Source: Candidatus Omnitrophota bacterium (lineage in GTDB: Bacteria; Omnitrophota; Gorgyraeia; 1-14-0-20-64-10). From it: a DNA stretch of 48,053 nucleotides. The stretch covers positions 1 through 48,053 of the forward strand of contig JAHFFE010000009.1 of NCBI GenBank assembly GCA_023248155.1, in the 5' to 3' direction. This document shows, piece after piece, positions 27,240 through 35,218 of the stretch (the stretch's first letter is position 1; the number at the start of each line of letters is the position of its first letter). The position numbers were made by a program, and so were the translations under genes. The notes beneath the pieces were generated by a model. It ran no database searches, was not told where the DNA came from, and saw only the letters and a list, made by a program, of their open reading frames with translations.

Positions 27240-28511
27240 ATGACCCAGAACAAACTCCCCCATACAATGGATATAGTAATAACTGGGCTCGGCGTAGTAT
27301 CTCCAAATGGCATAGGCAAGGATGCTTTCTGGAAAGCACTCCATTCCGGTCATACTGGCATCAAAAGAATTCAGCGGTTTGATCCATCTCCTTTTCCAAC
27401 CCAAATTGCAGGAGAAGTCGCGGATTTTACTCCTGATCCTTTTATGGAACCAAAAGAATCGAAGAGAGCGGACCGATCTGTTCAATTTATTATTGCCTCA
27501 ACACAAATGGCCCTTCAAGATAGTTGCATTAATCTTAAGAAAATGGATAGCTCTAGGGTTGGCGTACTTGCTGGAACATCCGTAGGTGGGCAAGGATGGG
27601 CACTGGATCAATTTTATACATTTATGCAGCATGGATACAGGAAAATGAATCCGTTTACAACCGCCGCAACTTTTCCAAATGCATCATCGGCACAAATTTC
27701 TCTCAAATTTGGACTTCGTGGCCCCAGCGATACTATTTCTTCAGGATGCGCATCTAGTTCATCTGCAATCTGCTTTGCCACAGAACTAATCCGTACTGGG
27801 AAAGCTGACATAATGATCGTTGGTGGAACCGAAAGTTTACTATACCCTCCTATTTTTGCTGCATATTGTGCTTCTCGAATTATGTCCAAGAGAAACAATC
27901 TCCCGATTCAAGCACCATCACCTTTTGACAAAAATCGGGATGGCATTGTATTAGGTGAAGGATCCGCTGTCCTTATACTAGAAAATCTAGAACACGCAAA
28001 AAAAAGATCGGCGCCTATTTACGCCAAAATCTCCGGATGGGGAAGTAGCTGTGGGACAACAGAAAAACATCATGACGATAGCGGGAAAACTCCATCGGCA
28101 ACTGCTCTGGCTATGAAACTAGCCCTGGAAAATTCCATGTTATCTCCAAATAATATTTCTTATATAAAAGCACATGGTAGCGGTCAGGTAGATGTAGATT
28201 TAATGGAAACAATGGCTATTAAAGATGTATTCGGAGAATACGCATATAAAATCCCCATTAGCTCTATAAAATCTTCTATTGGCCATACGGTTGGGGCTTC
28301 AGGTGCAATTGAAACAGTCGCTGCAACTCTTGCCATGAATTATAACGAAGCTCCGCCTACATTAAACCTCCACACCCCAGATCCTCAATGTGACCTTGAC
28401 TATGTACCAAATCAAGCTCGCGGAGTTCCAATGACTTCAGCGTTAGTAAATATCATAGGGTTTGGAGGAAAAAACGTGTCCATTGTTTTAACGAAATATA
28501 CTAATCATTAG
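27240..28511 (+). CDS. Stand-alone FabF-like beta-ketoacyl synthase (KAS II fold)
   Basis: IVITGLGVVSPNG, SSGCASS (Cys), KAHGSG (His), KSSIGHTVGASG (His), GFGG; GAGG Shine-Dalgarno; no ACP gene adjacent. Confidence 0.9.
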   Translation: MTQNKLPHTMDIVITGLGVVSPNGIGKDAFWKALHSGHTGIKRIQRFDPSPFPTQIAGEVADFTPDPFMEPKESKRADRSVQFIIASTQMALQDSCINLKKMDSSRVGVLAGTSVGGQGWALDQFYTFMQHGYRKMNPFTTAATFPNASSAQISLKFGLRGPSDTISSGCASSSSAICFATELIRTGKADIMIVGGTESLLYPPIFAAYCASRIMSKRNNLPIQAPSPFDKNRDGIVLGEGSAVLILENLEHAKKRSAPIYAKISGWGSSCGTTEKHHDDSGKTPSATALAMKLALENSMLSPNNISYIKAHGSGQVDVDLMETMAIKDVFGEYAYKIPISSIKSSIGHTVGASGAIETVAATLAMNYNEAPPTLNLHTPDPQCDLDYVPNQARGVPMTSALVNIIGFGGKNVSIVLTKYTNH

Positions 28512-28517
28512 ATATTA

Positions 28518-29207
28518 ATGTTACGTTTCTTTATCATCCTTGGGAATTTGGGAGTGCCCGGACTCGCGTTACTACTAGGTATAATTCGGCCTAAAGGATG
28601 GCTGAGTTGGTTCTTTGTTCTCTTTGTTTTAATACATTCTGTTGCACGGGTATGGGAAACATTTTACACATCCAAAGAAAAACGTCGCCTGGAGTTTCAT
28701 GGGGATTGGCCATTAGTAGCCGTAACTTCTGCTTATATAATTTTGTGTTTTGTCATTATATTAGAGTTTTTTTTCATGAGCCGATCTCCGCGTTTTTTGA
28801 ATTTCCTTGTCGGATGCATTTTGTATGGATTAGCATTTCGACTACGCTGGTGGGGAATGGCCTCCCTTGGAAAACAGTGGGCAATTCATGCCATTGGCCC
28901 AAAAAAGATTCGCAAAATTCGCTTAATCCAGCTAGGTCCATATAAATTTATCCGCCACCCAATATATTTGGGCATAGCCATTGAGACCATTTCTATTTCT
29001 ATTATGCCTTCTTGTTATCTCTCCCTGATTTTTTCCATAACCGTTTGCATTCCGCTTATCATCCTAAGAGCCCTTTTAGAAGAAAGATCTTCTGCGAGAA
29101 GATTCGGACAACTGCACCAAAGATACACGGAAAAAATCCCGATGTTTCTCCCTGTAACTAAGAAAACCTTCCTTTCCTTTTTAAGATCGATTATCGCCAA
29201 TAAATGA
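28518..29207 (+). CDS. ICMT/PEMT-family integral membrane methyltransferase
   Basis: LRWWGMASLGKQW, GPYKFIRHPIYLG, RALLEER motifs. Confidence 0.88.
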   Translation: MLRFFIILGNLGVPGLALLLGIIRPKGWLSWFFVLFVLIHSVARVWETFYTSKEKRRLEFHGDWPLVAVTSAYIILCFVIILEFFFMSRSPRFLNFLVGCILYGLAFRLRWWGMASLGKQWAIHAIGPKKIRKIRLIQLGPYKFIRHPIYLGIAIETISISIMPSCYLSLIFSITVCIPLIILRALLEERSSARRFGQLHQRYTEKIPMFLPVTKKTFLSFLRSIIANK

Positions 29208-31456
29208 CACCCGCCTTTCATTATCAGCTCTCTGCATTTTTTACATTCGTTGTAAACGCATTTTTAGTCTGCTGGATATTGAAAAAGAATGGCTTGGCTT
29301 CTGGGCTTTCAAGACGATTCGTGTTTTATTGTTCGGCAATTGCTGCTTGGGCAATTTTTGTCTGGATATGTACTATTTCTAAAAATTATGCTGTGGCTTA
29401 TTTTTTTGGGCGATTGACTCACATTGCGGCAGCTTTAATTCCTGTTTTTTTCCTCCAGTTCGTATTACTGTTTCTCGGAACTCATCAGAAGCCCTTTGAA
29501 AAAAGATCCCTGCTAATAGCCTATGCGGTAGAGTTATTTTTTATTACCCTTCTTGTTATCAAGCCAAATTTAATACTAGGACAACTCAGTCATAAGCTAT
29601 CCTTCCCCTGGTTTCCAGACGCTGGTATTTTATACACCCCGTGGATGGCTTCATTTTTTATTGTGGTATCCTACACCCATCTTCTTATTTTATTAGCCCT
29701 ATTTAAGACACATGAACAACGCCGAAAACAACTGCGGTTCTTTTTTACTGGCAATCTTATCGGATACATAGGTGGGATTGGGTGTTTTCTACCGGTTTAT
29801 AGCCTGCCAATCTTCCCTTTTCCATACGGTGCATACGGTGTTGTATTATTTACTCTGGTAACAACATACGCCATTATTCAATATCGTTTCATGGATGTTA
29901 ATCTGGCCATTACCCGCACAGCGGTATTTATGGCCGTATATGCTGCTATTCTTGGACTTCCGCTCTTTGGAGCATTAACCTATCAAGACCTACTCGAGAA
30001 AAACCTGGGTCATCGATGGTGGGTTTATCTCCTAGTAGGATACGCTGGGTTAACAACAGCGGCACATTATATTAATCTTTACTTTCAACGCAGGGCGGAG
30101 GACCGCCTGCTGGTAGAGCAACGGCGATATCAAAGTGTGCTTCGGCAGGCATCTCAGGGCATGGTCTCGATTAAAGATCTGGATAAATTACTTCGCTTGA
30201 TTGTTCATCTACTCACACAAAAAGTGCGTATTAAACACGCGGCTGTTTATTTATGGGAACCACAGGTAAAAAAATTCGTATTGAGCGCTTCCCGGCAATG
30301 GCCCGTTAAAGAAGCAGCGCCTTCTTTTCCTGAGGATCATCCCCTGGTTGAGTATATCCACTGGAACCGAAAAGCGATTGTATCGGAAGAATTGCAAATG
30401 CAGGTACGTAGTGGCGAAAAAAATCTACAGTCAGTAGTTTCTTCCATGCGGGTTTTACAAGCGGCAGTATTGGTACCCAGCTTTACGGAAGACCGGTGCG
30501 AGGGGTTTTTACTGCTGGGCGATAAAATTTCAGACAAATTATTCACGCCGGATGACTTGCAGGTATTTGAAGTGCTGGCCTCACAGGCGGCGCTGGCTAT
30601 TCAGAACGCGCAGTTTTACGAGGAACTGAAGCGCACGCAAACCGACCTGTTCCAGACGGCAAAAATGGCTTCTTTGGGGCATATGGCCGGCGGCATGAGC
30701 CATCAGATTAATAACCGGTTCCATGTGCTGACGATTCTGGCGGGCACTTTAAAGTCGGTGATGAAAGATTCGGACCCGTCGCAATTGCCGGGCGAACGGC
30801 TGAAAGAACTGTGGGGCAAGGCGGTGGAAACGCTGGGCAAGCTGGAAGACAACGCGGTGCGCGGCGGCGACATTGTGAAAACGCTGCTGAGGTTCTCGCG
30901 GCCGGCCGGAGAATATAAAGCGGTGACGATGGCGCAGATTTTGGCGACGGCCAAGGAAGTGTCGCAGTTCCGTATCAACATCAGCCTGGTGGACATTATC
31001 GAGCAGGTGCCCGGCGATATTCCGCCGGTGCGCGGCGATTTAAACCAGTTGGCCGATTCGTGCTTTAACTTGCTGACCAACGCCTACGACGCGATCCAGA
31101 AAAAAGGAACGATGATTCAAAGCGGGCAGATCTCCCCTTCTCCAAATGATCCGGTGCCGTTCCGCGGGAAAATAGTGGTGCGCGTCTATATGGAAAAGAA
31201 AGACGATCAGCCAACCAAAGTGGTTCTGGAAATTCAGGACAACGGCACCGGCATGATGGCCTCGGAACTGGACAGTTTGTTTATTCCGTTTTTCACCACC
31301 AAAGCGACCGCGCAAAAAGGGACCGGGCTGGGGTTGTATGTAATCCAGCGGATCGTAGAGCAGCATGGCGGGTCGATTAAAGCGGCATCCAAATATGGCG
31401 CGGGAACCACTTTTATCATGCGCCTGCCTGTATTTGAAGGCGGCGTTCCAGCCTGA
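29204..31456 (+). CDS. Sensor histidine kinase HK5 (7TM-like sensor, GAF, HisKA, HATPase)
   Basis: Multi-TM N-terminus; GAF end FTPDDLQVFEVLASQAALAIQNA; atypical H-box GMSHQINNR; DNGTG, FFTTK, GTGLGL; ATGA overlap with the methyltransferase gene. Confidence 0.92.
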   Translation: MTPAFHYQLSAFFTFVVNAFLVCWILKKNGLASGLSRRFVFYCSAIAAWAIFVWICTISKNYAVAYFFGRLTHIAAALIPVFFLQFVLLFLGTHQKPFEKRSLLIAYAVELFFITLLVIKPNLILGQLSHKLSFPWFPDAGILYTPWMASFFIVVSYTHLLILLALFKTHEQRRKQLRFFFTGNLIGYIGGIGCFLPVYSLPIFPFPYGAYGVVLFTLVTTYAIIQYRFMDVNLAITRTAVFMAVYAAILGLPLFGALTYQDLLEKNLGHRWWVYLLVGYAGLTTAAHYINLYFQRRAEDRLLVEQRRYQSVLRQASQGMVSIKDLDKLLRLIVHLLTQKVRIKHAAVYLWEPQVKKFVLSASRQWPVKEAAPSFPEDHPLVEYIHWNRKAIVSEELQMQVRSGEKNLQSVVSSMRVLQAAVLVPSFTEDRCEGFLLLGDKISDKLFTPDDLQVFEVLASQAALAIQNAQFYEELKRTQTDLFQTAKMASLGHMAGGMSHQINNRFHVLTILAGTLKSVMKDSDPSQLPGERLKELWGKAVETLGKLEDNAVRGGDIVKTLLRFSRPAGEYKAVTMAQILATAKEVSQFRINISLVDIIEQVPGDIPPVRGDLNQLADSCFNLLTNAYDAIQKKGTMIQSGQISPSPNDPVPFRGKIVVRVYMEKKDDQPTKVVLEIQDNGTGMMASELDSLFIPFFTTKATAQKGTGLGLYVIQRIVEQHGGSIKAASKYGAGTTFIMRLPVFEGGVPA

Positions 31457-31474
31457 GCACCGCCAGTTTTATTT

Positions 31475-32776
31475 TTACCGCCGGCGGCGAAAAGAAAACT
31501 GCGTTTCCACTTTAACAAGATGGCCCCCCATGGCAAGAACCGGATAGGCCAAAAAATTGATGGGGCCGCCCTGAAAACTCTGATCAAACATCAGGTCGCG
31601 CCCGCGGCTGAATTCGATTCGATTGGCCGGATGATGCCCGAAATAATAGGTCGCCAGACTTGAGTATTTATCGGCCTCTGAAACATCGACGGGCCACCAC
31701 TTGCCTTCCGCGTAAAACTCAGCCCAGCAATGGTAACCGTCAATGCCCCCGTCATTCCGCTCAGACGGAATTGCCGCGCCGACGGCGAAACGGGCCGGAA
31801 TACCGGCCGCCCGGGCCAGCCCGATAAAGTAGGCGTGGAAATCGCTGCAGTTGCCTGTCCGTAAATTGCACGCGTAGACGGCGTCACCCTTGCCCCAGCC
31901 GCTGCCGTATTTCATGTAACGCATACGGTCAATCACATGATCGTACAGAGCCCGCGCCCGGACTAAATCCCCCGTTTTTCCGCGAACAACCCCCGCGGCA
32001 ATCGAATGGAACTCATCGCGATCAGGAACGAGGCATTCCGGCTTCAGGTATTTTTCAGTGCCGGCGGGCTCTGCCGCGTAGGCGGCTTTCTCGTGGCGAC
32101 GGACGCGATAGCGGATGTCGATGGACTTTCCGCTGTCTGGTTTGCCGATCTTAAAGAGAAAAGCTTTATTTCCGTACGCGCGTTCCTGCAAAACGCGGGG
32201 TTCTTTCGGGGATTCCATGCGGAGAAGCTCAACCGTTTGAAACGCGTCCGACGCCGGAAACGGCAGCCACAAGTAAGCACGATCGTTAACTTCAGGAATC
32301 CGGGTTTGGTATCGAAACTCAAATTCGTCCTCCCCCTCGACGACGCCGAGCAGTTTGGGCGGGGCCCCCTGAACAGGAACGCGCTTCCAGCTCTGATCGG
32401 CGTCCTGTTCCCAGGTGTAGAAAGGAATGCCGTTGAGTTTATGGAGGGTGGTTTCGGTAACAGTCATGGCGCCCGGCCTGCCCCGCATGAAAAAATCGAC
32501 ATCGTAGACATCGCCGGAGAGATCGACCAGATCCACGCAGGCAAAATGGCGGCCATGTCCGAGGGAAGCAAGGTATTCGGTGTGGACGCGAACGAGCTTG
32601 AAATCGTACGATTTCCCGCCGGAGGAGATCTTGAAATAGCCGGAGGAGCGCGAAGCTTCGGCGATGTAGCGCTCGATCCCGGCCTGGATCTGAGGAATGG
32701 TTGCCGGAGAGCCGGGCTGGAACTGAGGCGCTGCGCGCCATGCCAGCCCTCCGGTCATCACCACCGCGCAGGCCAA
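31475..32776 (-). CDS. Secreted transglutaminase-like domain protein
   Basis: GNCSDFH, YHCWAEF and PVD form the Cys-His-Asp triad; start codon uncertain. Confidence 0.85.
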   Translation of the reverse strand: MACAVVMTGGLAWRAAPQFQPGSPATIPQIQAGIERYIAEASRSSGYFKISSGGKSYDFKLVRVHTEYLASLGHGRHFACVDLVDLSGDVYDVDFFMRGRPGAMTVTETTLHKLNGIPFYTWEQDADQSWKRVPVQGAPPKLLGVVEGEDEFEFRYQTRIPEVNDRAYLWLPFPASDAFQTVELLRMESPKEPRVLQERAYGNKAFLFKIGKPDSGKSIDIRYRVRRHEKAAYAAEPAGTEKYLKPECLVPDRDEFHSIAAGVVRGKTGDLVRARALYDHVIDRMRYMKYGSGWGKGDAVYACNLRTGNCSDFHAYFIGLARAAGIPARFAVGAAIPSERNDGGIDGYHCWAEFYAEGKWWPVDVSEADKYSSLATYYFGHHPANRIEFSRGRDLMFDQSFQGGPINFLAYPVLAMGGHLVKVETQFSFRRRR

Positions 32777-32807
32777 CGCGCAGACAGCAACCCTCTTCAG
32801 ACAAAGA

Positions 32808-33068
32808 TTATTTTGGATGCTCGGTCGGATGCTCCGAATGCTTGGCTGCGGGCTGCTCCGAAGACTGCTCCGTTGCCAGCTGCTCTGAAGACTGTTCCAT
32901 TGCCAGCTGCTCTGAAGACTGCTCCGTTGCCGGCTGCTTGGTTACCTCGGCTGCGGGCTGCTCCGAAGACTTCGGCGCCGGTTTGGCTGAAGGATGTTCC
33001 GCCATGCCGGGGGTAGCGATCAAACAAACAACGGCCACGCCCAATAAAATAGTCGTTATTTTTCTCAT
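32808..33068 (-). CDS. Small secreted low-complexity protein with SSEQ and EHP repeats
   Basis: GGAG Shine-Dalgarno, signal peptide ending GMA, 9-aa repeats. Confidence 0.75.
   Translation of the reverse strand: MRKITTILLGVAVVCLIATPGMAEHPSAKPAPKSSEQPAAEVTKQPATEQSSEQLAMEQSSEQLATEQSSEQPAAKHSEHPTEHPK
32852..32938. repeat. 27-bp coding tandem repeat, three copies
   Basis: GCTGCTCYGAAGACTGYTCCRTTGCCR at 32852, 32879 and 32906. Confidence 0.9.
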
Positions 33069-33130
33069 CTTTTTCTCCCAGTTAAAAAACCGTTATCCGA
33101 TGAAACCTTCTCACGCATCAACCTGATGAT

Positions 33131-33159
33131 ACTCTACCGCAAGAACAATGCATGGTCAA
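33131..33159 (-). promoter_or_regulatory. Possible promoter of the small protein and transglutaminase genes
   Basis: Minus strand TTGACC-N17-TAGAGT. Confidence 0.45.
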
Positions 33160-33180
33160 TTTTAACGGCACCGGTCGCGC

Positions 33181-33209
33181 TGGACAAGCCGCGGGCGCGG
33201 GGGGATAAT
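33181..33209 (+). promoter_or_regulatory. Likely leaderless promoter of the receiver pair
   Basis: TGGACA-N17-GATAAT, 6 nt before GTG 33216. Confidence 0.5.
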
Positions 33210-33215
33210 AAGTCT

Positions 33216-33587
33216 GTGCCGAGTTTGCTGATTATCGACGATGAACCGGAAATTCTGGAAACGACCAAGTGGGCGTTTGAGCTGGCCGGTTTCGATGTCA
33301 GCACGGCCGCCAGCGGCGAGGAAGCCCTTCCCCGCGCAGAAGAATTCCATCCGGAAGTTCTTCTGATTGATTACAAACTGCCGCAGATGTCCGGGCTGGA
33401 TGTGCTGCGGGAGACCAAATTGAAAAACCCCGAAGTGATCGCGATCATGATTACCGGATTAACCCACCAAACCACGCAAATTGAAGAGGAATCGGCGCGG
33501 CTGGGCGCCAGCGGGTTCCTGCACAAGCCGCTGCAGATGGAAGTTGTGCTTCAGATCGTTCGAAGTCATTTGAAACGAGGTGGCTGA
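33216..33587 (+). CDS. Single-domain response regulator (receiver only)
   Basis: LIIDDE, LIDYKLP, ITG, LHKP. Start moved to GTG 33216. Confidence 0.9.
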   Translation: MPSLLIIDDEPEILETTKWAFELAGFDVSTAASGEEALPRAEEFHPEVLLIDYKLPQMSGLDVLRETKLKNPEVIAIMITGLTHQTTQIEEESARLGASGFLHKPLQMEVVLQIVRSHLKRGG

Positions 33588-33949
33588 TGGCGTCGCTGTT
33601 GATCGTCGAAGATGAGCTGGAAGTGGCTGATTCACTGAAAGATTATTTCAGCCTGCACGGGGTTGAAGTTTTTATCGCCAACACCGGCGAACAGGGCCTG
33701 GAAATTTTAGCTGAGAAGAAACCGTCCGTGGTTTTGCTCGATATGAAGCTGGGATCCGGCATCAGCGGATTGGAATTTTTGCGCAAGGCCAAGGCGGCCA
33801 AGAGCACCGCGCAGATTATCGTCGTGACGGCCGTGGACGACCAGAATGTTTCGACGATGGCCCGGGGATTTGGCGCCGCGGATTACATGACGAAGCCGCT
33901 GACGATTCCGGATGTGGAACGGGTCGTTCTTTCCCGCCTGAAGAAGTAA
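33587..33949 (+). CDS. Single-domain response regulator (receiver only)
   Basis: LIVEDE, LLDMKL, VTA, MTKP; GAGG Shine-Dalgarno, TGATG overlap. Confidence 0.9.
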   Translation: MASLLIVEDELEVADSLKDYFSLHGVEVFIANTGEQGLEILAEKKPSVVLLDMKLGSGISGLEFLRKAKAAKSTAQIIVVTAVDDQNVSTMARGFGAADYMTKPLTIPDVERVVLSRLKK

Positions 33950-33955
33950 CCTGCT

Positions 33956-35218
33956 TTAAAAGTATTCCTGCAGAAGTTTTTGAACGCGCTCAATCGGGCG
34001 CATCCAGGGTGAAATATGCGCTACTGAGGGAAGAATCGCTTTTTTGCGCATGCTGTAGCGCAGAAGGCCGATCGGCGTTAAATCCTGCATGCGCAGGGAC
34101 AAGCCGGGGTTGAGCTCAGCCTCTTTCAACGTGCCCAAGCGTACCGGCATATTCATTAAACTCTCGGCCATCTCCAAAAACCCGTCGAGGCGGGCCATCG
34201 AACCAACCACCACGATGCCCGACGATGAGTCGAGGAACAGCGGATTGGCGACTAAACGGCGCTGAATACGGGTCAGCAGTTCTTTGGCGCGCGCGCGAAC
34301 GACAGCAACCACTTCTTCCTGCGGAAACGAACGGGCGCCGGCCCCCTGGCCTGTTTTGAGCGGCTTTAATGCCCATTGGCCGGAGACTTCCTGCGCCAGC
34401 GGATCGTTGCCGATCGGCGACGGCTCTTCGAGACTGCGCACCTGATCGAGCAAAAACTCGGCTGAAACGCGCGGAATTTTAAAGGTACGGCTGATGCCGT
34501 CGAGCAAATCTTCCCACCCGCCCGGAATCAGGTAGGTGTCGCGGATTTGAGAATTGTCGAACAAAACGATTTCGGTATAGGAATCGCCGATCCGGATGAG
34601 CGTTACGCCCAGGTCGCGGTCGAGATCGGTTAAAACCGCTTCGGCAGTGCCGAGAGCGCCCAGCACAAAACCGTCGGTTTCAAGGCCGGCGCGGTGCAGA
34701 ACGCGCGAGAAATTCTGAACGGTCGAGTTAAGCGCCGTCACCAGATGAAGGTCGACCGAGAGTTTCTTGCCGGCCAGGCCGATCGGGTTGCGAACGCCGG
34801 ACTGCCCGTCGACGGAATAACCGCGCTCGAATGAATGCAATATCTGCCGGTCGTATTCGAGAGAAAGCGAGCGGCAAGTGGTCACGGCCCGCTCGACATC
34901 CTGGCGGGAGATGCCGACGGCCGGATCAATCGACGGAACAGTGGCGGAAGCGTTGAAGCTTTTTAAGTGGTTGGCGGGAAAAACAACGGTGGCGCGCGTC
35001 AGTTTTCCGGAAATGGTTTGTTCGGCCTGGCGCACCAGCCGCGCCAGCGCGTCGGCGCATTCAATCGGGTCGCTCAACCCTTCCCTTTCAAATCCCTGCG
35101 CCGGCACCGACTCAATCGCCTGCACGGAGAGCCGTCCGGAATCCTGCGCCTGGCCTGCCGCCAGCACGAATTGTTTGGGGCCCAGTTCAAGCCCGACAAT
35201 CCAGGGTGTTTTTTTCAT
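33956..35218 (-). CDS. ftsA: Cell division protein FtsA (divergent)
   Basis: Follows ftsQ; VDGQSGVRNPIGLAG, AEAVLT, PVRLG and a C-terminal amphipathic helix. Confidence 0.88.
   Translation of the reverse strand: MKKTPWIVGLELGPKQFVLAAGQAQDSGRLSVQAIESVPAQGFEREGLSDPIECADALARLVRQAEQTISGKLTRATVVFPANHLKSFNASATVPSIDPAVGISRQDVERAVTTCRSLSLEYDRQILHSFERGYSVDGQSGVRNPIGLAGKKLSVDLHLVTALNSTVQNFSRVLHRAGLETDGFVLGALGTAEAVLTDLDRDLGVTLIRIGDSYTEIVLFDNSQIRDTYLIPGGWEDLLDGISRTFKIPRVSAEFLLDQVRSLEEPSPIGNDPLAQEVSGQWALKPLKTGQGAGARSFPQEEVVAVVRARAKELLTRIQRRLVANPLFLDSSSGIVVVGSMARLDGFLEMAESLMNMPVRLGTLKEAELNPGLSLRMQDLTPIGLLRYSMRKKAILPSVAHISPWMRPIERVQKLLQEYF

Noticed and set aside
32852-32938. Possible CRISPR array
   Set aside because: Contiguous 27-bp coding repeats without spacers; no cas genes
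32006-33016. 336-aa plus-strand ORF
   Set aside because: Antisense shadow of the transglutaminase and small-protein genes; no recognisable motifs
33069-33130. Riboswitch in the leader of the small secreted protein gene
   Set aside because: No recognisable aptamer consensus or terminator
35186-35188. Glu rather than Asp in the FtsA phosphate-1 motif as a sign of inactivity
   Set aside because: E. coli FtsA also has GLEIG, so this residue alone is not informative; only the other motif changes were counted
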